Shown piece after piece: positions 31,701-40,925 of a stretch of 64,000 nt of DNA. The stretch is taken from assembly GCA_044226625.1 (NCBI GenBank), contig JBGAGQ010000010.1, forward strand, positions 69,813-133,812, given 5' to 3'. The notes beneath the pieces are model-generated. The model was not told the DNA's origin. It saw only the letters and a list, made by a program, of their open reading frames with translations, and ran no database searches. Numbering within the stretch: position 1 is the first letter of the stretch; every line of letters begins with the position of its first letter. The translations under genes and the position numbers were made by a program. Source of the DNA: Thermoanaerobaculia bacterium (GTDB taxonomy: Bacteria; Acidobacteriota; Thermoanaerobaculia; Multivoradales; UBA5704).

Positions 31701-32675
31701 AAATCCGGCGGTCCCAGACGGACGGAACGACATGTCGCCCTCCGCGCGAGGGCGTGGATTGAAACGTATGCCGAGCTACCTGCTCGCTCGGCGCTGCGAG
31801 TCGCCCTCCGCGCGAGGGCGTGGATTGAAACCCCGCGATCCGGACGCGACGTGAACCGCGTGGTCGCCCTCCGCGCGAGGGCGTGAATGTGGATTGAAAC
31901 GCGATCCTGGTGACCCAAAGTCGTCGCCCTCCGCGCGAGGGCGTGGATTGAAACGCATCCTTCGTCGATTCCAGCAATCGCACGATCACGTCGCCCTCCG
32001 CGCGAGGGCGTGGATTGAAACCCTGGTTTCGGGCGCGCCGCTCGCCAACCGCGTGGTCGCCCTCCGCGCGAGGGCGTGGATTGAAACGCTAGCCTTGCCG
32101 ATCGATTACGGGCCGCGGACGCGGTCGCCCTCCGCGCGAGGGCGTGGATTGAAACTCTCGCCCGGCCTCTGTGACCGGCGCTGATCCAGACCGTCGCCCT
32201 CCGCGCGAGGGCGTGGATTGAAACCACCTCCGAAACGGCGTCGCTGAACGCGGTCGCCCTCCGCGCGAGGGCGTGGATTGAAACGTCGATCGAGGCGTCG
32301 ATCGCGGAGCGTCGCCCTCCGCGCGAGGGCGTGGATTGAAACCCGGCCGTGAACGTCACGTTGAAAGGCATCGAAGTCGCCCTCCGCGCGAGGGCGTGGA
32401 TTGAAACTCGCCGATTCTGGTCGCGGCCACGTCGCCGCCGTCGCCCTCCGCGCGAGGGCGTGGATTGAAGGGGCGGATTGAGCGCCCCGCGGAAGGCGAA
32501 AACCGCTCGTCGCCCTCCGCGCGAGGGCGTGGATTGAAACAAGAATCCGTTGGCGAGGGATGCGGATGGAACGACATCGTCGCCCTCCGCGCGAGGGCGT
32601 GGTTGAAACTGACCCCGGCGTGCTCGTGCCGTATCGACCATTCGTCGCCCTCCGCGGGAGGGCGTGGATTGAAAC
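22767..32675 (+). CRISPR. Type I-C CRISPR array, about 150 repeats, GTCGCCCTCCGCGCGAGGGCGTGGATTGAAAC
   Basis: 32-bp repeat with a 7-bp stem, spacers about 33-37 nt; repeat count estimated from length; degenerate trailer repeat near 32710; error-rich and duplicated blocks inside. Confidence 0.99.
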
Positions 32676-32873
32676 GTGATGGACAGCCTGCTCAAGCGGG
32701 CGGGTTCGCGCTGCTCTCCGCGCGTGAGAACTTTGCTGAAGTTACCGGCGGTCGCTTTCTGCGCGACGTGTCGATGGGCCCTCAAACGAATTGGCAGCAT
32801 TCTCGGAAGCAGCCAGTGCAAGATCGAAAGGAGCGATTCGCGTCTGTAGCGCGGTGAAAGGAGACATTTCACC

Positions 32874-33845
32874 GTGCCCCCACACGATCGCTTCTTCAAA
32901 ACGCTGTTCCGGGTCTTTTTCCGCGAGCTCTTGCTATTGGTCGATCCCGGGCTGGCCTCGCGGATCTCGCCGGAGGCGCGGATCGAGTACCGCGACCAGG
33001 AGCTGCTTCCCGATTCCCCGGAGACCGAGCGCCGGGTCGTGGATCTCCTCGCGGCGATCCCGGCCGATGCCGAGGGCGACGCTTTCATGATCCACGTCGA
33101 GATCGAGCGAAGGGCCGGTCCTTCGATCGGCCGACGCCTCTGGGAGTACTCGATTCGCCTGCGGGGACGCTATCCGGAGCCGCTGATCTCCTTGGTCGTC
33201 TTCCTTCGCGGCGGTCCCGCCGGCGCCGTCTGGCAGACCCACACGGAAGGGGCGGCCGGGCATCAGGTGGCCACGTTTCGTTACCTCTCGTTCGGCCTCT
33301 CCAAGCTGCCGGCCGAGCGGCTGCTCGCCCTGCCCGTATCGCTCGCGTGGGGCCTTGCCGCCCTCGCCGACCCCGGGGAGCTCGGCCGGGCGCAAGTGAA
33401 GCTCGAGGCGCTCCGGCGGATCGCGGAGGCCACGTTGAGCGAGCGACAGAGGTTTCTCTTGGTGAATTGCGTCGAAACCTACTTACCCTTGAACGGGCGC
33501 GACGCGGAGGAGTACGCTTCCGCGATCAGTGCTCGCAAAGCTCTGGAGATTCACGCCATGCAACTGACCTGGGCCGACAAGCTCGAAGCGAAGGGATTCG
33601 TCCAAGGACGAAAGGAAGGACGGCAGGAAGGACGGGAAGAGGAAGAAGGCCGGGAAGAAGGTCTTCAAGCAGCCGCCGTGCGCCTAAGAAAGACGGTATT
33701 GCGCCTGTTGGGTCAACGGTTCGGCACCGTGCCTCCGACCGTTCGGAGGCGCTTGACCTCCCTTCGGTCCGTGGACGAGCTGACGTCGGTCGCCGATCGG
33801 ATTCTCGTCGCGCGGTCGTTCGAGGATCTAGGGCTCGGCGAATAG
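32874..33845 (+). CDS. Rpn/YhgA-like PD-(D/E)XK nuclease (putative transposase family)
   Basis: HDRFFK, VDLL, IHVEIE, C-terminal (G-x-x-E)n repeats and RFG helical tail. Confidence 0.85.
   Translation: MPPHDRFFKTLFRVFFRELLLLVDPGLASRISPEARIEYRDQELLPDSPETERRVVDLLAAIPADAEGDAFMIHVEIERRAGPSIGRRLWEYSIRLRGRYPEPLISLVVFLRGGPAGAVWQTHTEGAAGHQVATFRYLSFGLSKLPAERLLALPVSLAWGLAALADPGELGRAQVKLEALRRIAEATLSERQRFLLVNCVETYLPLNGRDAEEYASAISARKALEIHAMQLTWADKLEAKGFVQGRKEGRQEGREEEEGREEGLQAAAVRLRKTVLRLLGQRFGTVPPTVRRRLTSLRSVDELTSVADRILVARSFEDLGLGE
33558..33845 (+). CDS. Putative internally initiated small Rpn antitoxin (RpnS-like)
   Basis: GGAG 9 nt before in-frame ATG of MQLTWADKLEAKG. Confidence 0.55.
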   Translation: MQLTWADKLEAKGFVQGRKEGRQEGREEEEGREEGLQAAAVRLRKTVLRLLGQRFGTVPPTVRRRLTSLRSVDELTSVADRILVARSFEDLGLGE

Positions 33846-33962
33846 CATCACCGGGGCGAGGCCCGCTTCGGGGCCGTAGAAGGGACCGGTAAGGGGCCGA
33901 AGGGAGCATCTGGGGACGGGCGCCCTTCCGGGGGCGACCCGTGCCGGGAGTATGCTCGCGCG

Positions 33963-35060
33963 ATGATGCGGACGATGCGATCGCTCCTCTCTCGACCTGG
34001 CTTTTCCTCGCGCATCCTGCCGCGACTCACGGTGTCTGGGATCCTCAGCCTCGTCGCCGTGGCGCCGGCTTCTCCGTGTACGACTTTTTGCCTACGCGAC
34101 GCGGGCCGCGTGGTGTTCGGCAAGAACTATGACTGGACGCTCGGGCAGGGGATGCTGATCGTCAATCCGCGCGGCCTCGTGCGGACGGCGGACACGACGG
34201 ATCGGCCGGCGCGATGGACGGCGCGGTACGGCAGCGTTACGTTCAATCAGTACGGCAGAGACTTTCCTTCGGGCGGAATGAACGAGGCGGGTCTCGCGAT
34301 CGAGCTGATGTGGCTCGAAGAGAGCCGCTATCCCGCGCCGGACGCGCGTCGCACGGTCGACGTTCTGCAGTGGATCCAAAATCAGCTCGACACGCAGGCG
34401 ACGGTCGCGGGCGTGCTCGCGTCAGACGCGAAGGTCCGCATCACGTCCGGCGCGCCGATTCACTACCTCGTCGCCGACGCGACCGGCGCGGTCGCGACGG
34501 TCGAGTTCCTGGACGGACGGCTGGTCGCGCACACGGGTGCGCGCCTACCGGTCGCGGCGCTCACCAACGACACGTACGATCGCTCGCTGCGCTTCGAGCA
34601 GGATTTGAAAGGTCGTCCCGCGCCGGGCGACGAGCTGTCGCTCTCACGCTTCGCGCGCACGGCCGGCCGAGTGCGCGCCTTTAAGGCCGATCCGAAGCGG
34701 GACGCCGTCGGCTACGCTTTCGAAACGCTCGACCGAGCGGCCCAGCGCACGACGCGTTGGAGCATCGTTTACGAGCTCGATCGGAAGAAAGTGCATTTCC
34801 GCACCGGCGACCGGAGACACGTGCGCGATCTTGCGCTCTCCGATCTCGATTTTCGCTGCTCTCAACCCGTGCGTAGCCTCGATCTCGAGGCCGACCTCAG
34901 GGGGAACATCCTCGGCAAGTTGAGCGCGTATCGCCCGAGCGACAATCGGCGGCTGGTGGAGCGGTCCTATCGCGGTACGCCGTTCCTAGCGAAGACGTCG
35001 GCGGCGGAAATCGATCGCGTGGCGCGCGTGCCGGACCAGGCGACCTGCCAGGGGCAATAA
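33963..35060 (+). CDS. Exported linear amide C-N hydrolase (choloylglycine hydrolase/penicillin V acylase family)
   Basis: Signal peptide then CTTF nucleophile, GKNYDW, GMNEAGL, LTND, SRF. Confidence 0.88.
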   Translation: MMRTMRSLLSRPGFSSRILPRLTVSGILSLVAVAPASPCTTFCLRDAGRVVFGKNYDWTLGQGMLIVNPRGLVRTADTTDRPARWTARYGSVTFNQYGRDFPSGGMNEAGLAIELMWLEESRYPAPDARRTVDVLQWIQNQLDTQATVAGVLASDAKVRITSGAPIHYLVADATGAVATVEFLDGRLVAHTGARLPVAALTNDTYDRSLRFEQDLKGRPAPGDELSLSRFARTAGRVRAFKADPKRDAVGYAFETLDRAAQRTTRWSIVYELDRKKVHFRTGDRRHVRDLALSDLDFRCSQPVRSLDLEADLRGNILGKLSAYRPSDNRRLVERSYRGTPFLAKTSAAEIDRVARVPDQATCQGQ

Positions 35061-35193
35061 GCAAGAGCTTACCGAAACCGGCGGGATGGGCTTCCTTCGG
35101 CCGACTGACGCCGTTCCGCTTCACCGGTCGATTCAGGCTCGGAAACGGCAAAAACGAGCCCTGGGAAGCCTGCACCCGCGCTTGCGGGAGATT

Positions 35194-35208
35194 GCAGGCG
35201 ACGTGCCA
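35194..35208 (-). promoter_or_regulatory. Sigma54 -24/-12 motif with no obvious downstream CDS
   Basis: TGGCACGTCGCCTGC, GG-N10-GC spacing. Confidence 0.45.
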
Positions 35209-35216
35209 AGCGGGCG

Positions 35217-37139
35217 CTAGATCTGGTCCGCGAGCACGACGGTGAGCGGTCGATCTTTGCCGTCTTTCGACCGGACGGTCAGCACGACGCGGCTGCCGAC
35301 GGGATCGTTCGCGAGGCGAAGGCGAAGGTCGGAAAGCACGAGATCGGTCGCCTTCTTGCCATCGACCGAGACGATCAGCTCCTCCGCTTTCAGGCCCGCT
35401 TTCGCCGCGGGGCTCCCGGGGGTGACGTCTTTGATCCGTAGGCCGTCGGGATCGGTGAGAAGCCAGAGCCCCGCCCGGTCGTAGGCGTCCCGTTTCGCGG
35501 CGTTGCCGTTGGGTACGAGGTACATGACCTGGCGGCCGTAATCGAACGTCACGTCGAAGCGCCGGAGCAGGCCGCCGCCCACGTTGCCCGCGAGGTGGGG
35601 CTGGGCGAGCGCCCCTTTCTTCTGGAGAGAGAACCCGACCACCGGGTCGTCCATGGCGACGGAACCGGTTCCCGCGGGCCCCTCACCGAGGACGATCCGG
35701 CCCATCCGCGCGACGCGGCTGCGCGCGGCGCCGCCGACTCCCCAACCCGTCGTGGCCTCGACCGCCTTCGGATGTTTCTCGAGCAGCTTGTGCTGGGCGA
35801 CGAACGGTGCGTTCAGATCGAGCGTGGAGCGGCTGCCGGTGTCGATCGTGAAGCGACCGGGCAGGCCGTCGATCGTTCCCGCGACCTCCGGCGTTTCGCT
35901 GTCGAAGGTGAACGGAATCGCGGCCGCGTCGTGGGGTGGGGTGAAAGCGGCGGGGAGCGTGAAGGTGAGCAGGCCGCCGTCGTAGTCGATCTCGGCGACC
36001 AGACGTTTCAATAGCTCGTAGCCGATGATGCCCGATACGGGTACCCCTTCGACCCTCGACATCTCGCCGATCGGGAACACGTAGAACAGCTGGTCGCGAA
36101 AGACGAGGCCGCCGAGCCGCACCGATTCGACCTGGGCGATCGCGACGTCCTCCGATTTTTCGCCGACGCCGCGCCCTTCGAGGTTGCCGACGGTCGAAAG
36201 GCCGAGCGCCTGCGCGGTCTCCGGGGTGATCGCGTTGACGCCTCCCGTGTCGAAGAACAGGTTGAACTTGCCCTGGCCGTTGATCTCCGCCTGGACGAAG
36301 AGGTGGTTGTTCGCCATACGGAACGGCACGCTCGCCTGGGTGCGGCCGTCGGCGAGCTCGAAGTCGCCGGTCCGCTCCGCGGGAGGAGCGAAGCGCGCCT
36401 CGTCCACCGCGGCGTCGATCGCGATCGAGGTAACGGCGATCACGGTGTCGTACTTCTCGTGCCCGTTGCCGGTCCTCACGGCGAACGGCAGGCTCAGCCC
36501 TTCGACCTTGCGGTAGTCGGAGAAGCTCGTCCGCTGCGTTTCGCCGCCGACGGTTTCGATCGTGTAGTCGAGCAGCAGGGTTTTCGCGTCGAACCAGAGC
36601 TCGACCGCCCGGCCACCGTCGGGCGTGGCCAGGATGCCGAGAAAGGAGCGTCCGCTTTCCGTTCGATCGCCGAGCGAGGAGAGCTTGCCGGCACGCCGCT
36701 CCGGAAACCAATAGGCGCGCGCGGTCAGGTACGCGCGCTGGATCGCCCCGGCGTAGCTTTCGCCGGAAGTGTTCCGAATCACCTGGCCGGAGGCCTCGAC
36801 CGACCATCCGGCGGTACCGTCGAACCCGTCGCCGCCGCTTGCGGGGCCAAGCTTCCAGGCATTGCCATAGTGGCCGGACAGGGCGTCCTCGACGCTCGAG
36901 ACGGTGCCCGATAGCCCGCTCGATTCGACCCTCGCCTCGGTCGTGATCGTCCGAACGCGATCCCACGCCGCGCCGCCCGCGGCCTCCTTGGCGCGCGCCA
37001 ACAGCTCGCCCGCGTGATCGGGGACCTCGGCAGCCTTTGCGACCTCCGCGGCGGCGGGAGCGGAAGCGACGAGCAGGGCGGCGAGCAAACCGCGGAACGC
37101 GGCGCGGGCTGAAGCGAAACGGGTGGCGGGGCGGCTCAT
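35217..37139 (-). CDS. Exported tandem retropepsin-like aspartyl protease with C-terminal PDZ
   Basis: FDTGG and IDTGS motifs, GIIG, GNVG, PGSPAAKAGL PDZ; signal peptide. Confidence 0.88.
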   Translation of the reverse strand: MSRPATRFASARAAFRGLLAALLVASAPAAAEVAKAAEVPDHAGELLARAKEAAGGAAWDRVRTITTEARVESSGLSGTVSSVEDALSGHYGNAWKLGPASGGDGFDGTAGWSVEASGQVIRNTSGESYAGAIQRAYLTARAYWFPERRAGKLSSLGDRTESGRSFLGILATPDGGRAVELWFDAKTLLLDYTIETVGGETQRTSFSDYRKVEGLSLPFAVRTGNGHEKYDTVIAVTSIAIDAAVDEARFAPPAERTGDFELADGRTQASVPFRMANNHLFVQAEINGQGKFNLFFDTGGVNAITPETAQALGLSTVGNLEGRGVGEKSEDVAIAQVESVRLGGLVFRDQLFYVFPIGEMSRVEGVPVSGIIGYELLKRLVAEIDYDGGLLTFTLPAAFTPPHDAAAIPFTFDSETPEVAGTIDGLPGRFTIDTGSRSTLDLNAPFVAQHKLLEKHPKAVEATTGWGVGGAARSRVARMGRIVLGEGPAGTGSVAMDDPVVGFSLQKKGALAQPHLAGNVGGGLLRRFDVTFDYGRQVMYLVPNGNAAKRDAYDRAGLWLLTDPDGLRIKDVTPGSPAAKAGLKAEELIVSVDGKKATDLVLSDLRLRLANDPVGSRVVLTVRSKDGKDRPLTVVLADQI

Positions 37140-37396
37140 GGCGAAGCTCCTCTCTCGGCCTGTCTCCTACGCGTTGGACGGGTGGATGTTACGCCTGCCG
37201 CTGAGAGTTGGTAGGTCGCTTCTCTCGAGCTCAGTTCTGGGTGGCTCGATTCGGATTTCTGGTCTTCTCCCCGCCGCCGCTCAGAGGCATCCGCCGCTTC
37301 GGCGCGGCGGGCTCGCGGCCCCTTGTCATCCCGCACGTTCTTCGTGCCCGCCTCCGGGGAGCGGCGGCTTCGCTCCTTTCTCCTCGGGACGTGGGC

Positions 37397-37411
37397 GGGC
37401 ACCTCTCTTGC
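37397..37411 (+). promoter_or_regulatory. Sigma54 -24/-12 promoter
   Basis: GGGCACCTCTCTTGC, 80 nt upstream of ATG 37492. Confidence 0.6.
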
Positions 37412-37491
37412 GGTAGGGTCCGGGCGATCAACCGTCCAGACGCTCGTACACAGAACGCCAACCGGAACGCTTCGTTGACGGAGGTGCCCGT

Positions 37492-37944
37492 ATGATCCTG
37501 CCCGCGCCGACCTCGTACAAGAACAACCTGATCATCCCGATCGCCGTGATGCCGCCTCTGGTTCCGGGGGGCGAACCGCAGCTGGTCTGCCCGTCGTTCA
37601 TCTTGCCGCTCGGGGAATGGCTGCTGGTCTGGAACCTGGTGACGATCATCCACCCGGAGCTGTCGCGCGCGACGTTCGCCGACAAGGGGATCGTGCCGAT
37701 GCTCGGGCAGACGCCGAACTTCTCGTCTTCGTTCCAGACCTCGGATACGCAGTGGGTCTGCTCGATCTCGAACGAGTCGAAGGAGGAGGTTTCGAAGGCC
37801 TATCCGTTCTTTTACGTCGTGCGTTTCCGTTACCCGCAACCGGGCCAAGGGAACGACCTGACGGTCTTCACCTCGGAGGATCGCGCCGTCATCGATCACG
37901 ATCCGACGATCGTGGTTTCGCAGGACCCGGCCGAACCGGTCTGA
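37492..37944 (+). CDS. Hypothetical protein (150 aa, C-terminal DPTIVV motif)
   Basis: GGAGG RBS, plausible composition; no family recognised. Confidence 0.75.
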   Translation: MILPAPTSYKNNLIIPIAVMPPLVPGGEPQLVCPSFILPLGEWLLVWNLVTIIHPELSRATFADKGIVPMLGQTPNFSSSFQTSDTQWVCSISNESKEEVSKAYPFFYVVRFRYPQPGQGNDLTVFTSEDRAVIDHDPTIVVSQDPAEPV

Positions 37945-37946
37945 GT

Positions 37947-40925
37947 CTAGGCTTCGCCAGTTCGCCTCCGGGACGCGGCAACGTCGCCGGCGCCGGCGAC
38001 CCAGGGAAACTTCGGATCGTCGCGCAGGGGGTCGAACCAGGAGAAGGCGAACCAACGGGGATCGAGCCCGTGGGCCGCGGCCTGTCGGGCGTAGAAGAGC
38101 GCCGAGCCGCGGTCGCCGATCACGACGTAGACGACCGAGGCTTCAAAAGCGAGCTGGGCGTTGTCGGGGGTCAGGCGGAGCGCCTTCTGGATCGTCTCGA
38201 TCGCCCGGTCGGTATCGCCGAGGTGCGCGAGCGCCTGCGCCTCGATCGAGAGCTTCGGCCAGCTGGCGAGCGTCGCCTCGCTCGGCGCGGTGCCGAGCAA
38301 TCCTCGGTAGAGGGCGCGCGCCTCCTGGGCTCGCCCCGAGAGGGTGAGGCAGTCGGCGAGGTTCAGCGCCGCCGACGGGTCTTCGGGCGCGAGATCGAGC
38401 GCGCGGCGGAAGCTCCGCTCGGCCTCCGGGTAGCGGCGGGTGAGCAGATAGGCGAGACCGAGGTTCGAAAACGATCCGGCTTCGGGCTTCTTCGCGACCA
38501 GCGCTTCGAGAATCTCGGCCGCGCGCTCGGGCCGGTCGAGCAGCTCGATCTGGGAGAGCGTCTTCAACCCGTCGACGTTGCCCGGCGAGCGCGCGAGCAG
38601 GTCGGAGAGATGGTCGCGCGCGGCGTCCAGACGGCCGAGCCGGTACTCGGCGTTCGCGAGGATCAGAAGCGCGCGCCATGAAGGCTGGAGGCGCACCGCC
38701 TCGGTCATCCACTCGATCGCTTTCTGAGGATCGCCGCGCCGCTCGGCGAGCTGGCCGCGGCGCAGGAGCGCTCCGGCCGGATCGAGAACCGAGTACGTGT
38801 CGAGCACCTTCTGGGCCTCGTCGAGATGGCCGGCCGCGAGCTCCAGCTCGAAGCGGCTCGCGAGCGGGCGCGGGTCGTTCGGGGCGAGCTCCTGCGCTTT
38901 GCGGGCGACCGTGAGGCCGCGATCGAGATAGGACCGCTGGCCGGTCTCGGCGAAGCGGCGGCGGGCGAGCCCCGCTTCGAGCGCGTAGACCTCGATCAGT
39001 CCGGGAGCGCGAGAGCGTAGGTCGGCGAGATCGGCGAGCAGGCGATCCGGATCGTCGCCGCGCACGAGCCGCTCGCGCACCGCGAGATAGCGGGAAAAGT
39101 CCGCCTCGGTGATCGCGGTGATCGCGGTGATCGCCGCCGTGCCGAGCGGCGCGGCCGCATCGCGCGGGGGATGGTCCGGATATGCCTGGCGGATCGAAGC
39201 CCCGATCGCCTCGGCGAACAAGAGCGGGCGCGAGGGGGGAAGGTCGAGCGCGGCGCTCCAGAGCACACGTTCGTCGCGCTCGGAAAGCCGGCGAAGCCGC
39301 ACCTGGCAGAGGTCGTTCGCGCACTCGGCCTCCGCGGTGATCGCCTCCGCCGCCGCGACCGCTCGGGCGACGGCGCCGGCTCTCGGCCGATCGTGCGACG
39401 GGTCCTCGGGACGCCCTCCGCCGGCGACCGCCTTGACCTGCGACGATTCGACCGCCGCCAAACCGCGGAGCGGCGCGATCGACCGGAGGATCGCGGTCTG
39501 GAGGTTCGCGGCGATCCGGGCGCGCTCGGGCTCGGCGTCCGGTCCGGTGACTCGGGGCTCGAGGACCGCTACATACGTCGGCGGCGCGGCCGGCCGGGCG
39601 CGGAGGGTCGCGATGCGGGCACCGAAAAAGAGCGCCATCCCCGCGAGCACGATCAGCGCCGCGATTGCGACACGGAGATCGAGCCTTCGGCGGCGCGGCC
39701 GTTCCGTCTCCAAGGGCAGGCCGACGGCCGAGCTGGCCATCCCGCGCCTTTCCCTCTCTGGGGAGGTGGTACCCGGGGCCGAGCCCATCTCGTCCACGAC
39801 GGGGTGGAAGGGGGAACCGGGAAGGACGCCCGCCGCGGAGCCAACCGGGGCAACCGCCTCGAGCACGTCGAGGATCGACCGCGCGGAGGGGGGACGATCG
39901 GCCGGCGACTTGGCGAGGCAACGCTCGACGAGTGCGGCGAGGGCGGCGGGGATCTCGGGGCGGAGCGCTACGAGCGGCGCGGGCGCCTCGTGGAGGATGC
40001 GGTGGACCATTCCCGGTCGGCCGCCCTCGAACGGCAGGCGCCCGGCGAGCGTCTCGTAGAGGATCACGCCGAGCGCCCAGAGGTCGCGTGCCGGTCCGTC
40101 GGCGAGCCGATCGCCCTCGATCGTTTCGCCCCGCGGCTTGTCCGTCGGCGCGCCCCACGATTCGGGCGGCACGTAGGCGGCGGTGCCCACCGCGATCCCC
40201 CGCTCGGTGAGCGGCGCAGCATCGGCCGAGCGGGCGAGCCCGAAGTCGAGCAGCTTCAGGCGCCCGTCCGGCAGGAGCATCACGTTTTCGGGTTTGAGAT
40301 CGCGGTGGATGATCCCCACTTCATGCGCTGCCGCGAGAGCCGCGGCGAGCTGGCGGCCGACCGAGACGGCTTCCTCGACGGAGAGGCGATGGTCGGGCTC
40401 TCGGTCGATTCGGGCGGCGAGCGTCTCGCCCGGGTAGAAGGCCATCGCGAGGAAGCGCCGCCCCTCGTGCTCGCCCACCTCGTAGAGCGTGCCGACGTTC
40501 GGATGGTCTAGCGCCGCGGTCGCGCGTGCCTCGCGGCGGAAGCGCTCCTCTTCGCGCGGGGTCGGGTGGGTGGGTGCGTGGAGGAACTTGAGCGCCACCA
40601 GGCGCCCGAGGTCGAGGTCGACCGCGCGATAGACGACGCCCATCCCGCCGCGGCCGAGCGGCTCGACGATCCGAAAGTGCGAGACCTCGCGGCCGACCAT
40701 CGGGTCGCGCTCCGGGCCGTCGGGTGGTGACTCCGTTCGCATCCCCGCGCCGCCCGTTCCGTCGAGGCGTCGATCGTCGTCGCCCGGCACTGGCGCGGGT
40801 TCGGCGACGGTGGGCAAGCGCGAACCGTCGAGCGAATCGAGCGGCAGCGCGACGCCGCAGCCGACGCAGTAGGAGTCGAACTCCGAGTTGCTCGCTCGGC
40901 AGGCCGGGCAGAGGACCGCCGGCAT
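37947..40925 (-). CDS. Membrane Ser/Thr kinase with N-terminal zinc ribbon and C-terminal TPRs
   Basis: CPAC/CVGC, GRGGMG, VALK, HRDLKPEN, DFG, TM helix, TPRs; TGATG overlap with the upstream activator. Confidence 0.93.
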   Translation of the reverse strand: MPAVLCPACRASNSEFDSYCVGCGVALPLDSLDGSRLPTVAEPAPVPGDDDRRLDGTGGAGMRTESPPDGPERDPMVGREVSHFRIVEPLGRGGMGVVYRAVDLDLGRLVALKFLHAPTHPTPREEERFRREARATAALDHPNVGTLYEVGEHEGRRFLAMAFYPGETLAARIDREPDHRLSVEEAVSVGRQLAAALAAAHEVGIIHRDLKPENVMLLPDGRLKLLDFGLARSADAAPLTERGIAVGTAAYVPPESWGAPTDKPRGETIEGDRLADGPARDLWALGVILYETLAGRLPFEGGRPGMVHRILHEAPAPLVALRPEIPAALAALVERCLAKSPADRPPSARSILDVLEAVAPVGSAAGVLPGSPFHPVVDEMGSAPGTTSPERERRGMASSAVGLPLETERPRRRRLDLRVAIAALIVLAGMALFFGARIATLRARPAAPPTYVAVLEPRVTGPDAEPERARIAANLQTAILRSIAPLRGLAAVESSQVKAVAGGGRPEDPSHDRPRAGAVARAVAAAEAITAEAECANDLCQVRLRRLSERDERVLWSAALDLPPSRPLLFAEAIGASIRQAYPDHPPRDAAAPLGTAAITAITAITEADFSRYLAVRERLVRGDDPDRLLADLADLRSRAPGLIEVYALEAGLARRRFAETGQRSYLDRGLTVARKAQELAPNDPRPLASRFELELAAGHLDEAQKVLDTYSVLDPAGALLRRGQLAERRGDPQKAIEWMTEAVRLQPSWRALLILANAEYRLGRLDAARDHLSDLLARSPGNVDGLKTLSQIELLDRPERAAEILEALVAKKPEAGSFSNLGLAYLLTRRYPEAERSFRRALDLAPEDPSAALNLADCLTLSGRAQEARALYRGLLGTAPSEATLASWPKLSIEAQALAHLGDTDRAIETIQKALRLTPDNAQLAFEASVVYVVIGDRGSALFYARQAAAHGLDPRWFAFSWFDPLRDDPKFPWVAGAGDVAASRRRTGEA

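Noticed and set aside
22799-32643. Self-targeting spacers within this window
   Set aside because: None spotted by eye; not exhaustively testable without alignment
22753-32857. Many ORFs with repeating FQSTPSRGGR / VSIHALARRAT / FNPRPRAEGD peptides
   Set aside because: Translations of CRISPR repeats, not proteins
39106-39135. 9-bp microrepeat encoding AITAIT in the kinase
   Set aside because: Short in-frame slippage in a linker, with no sign of phase variation
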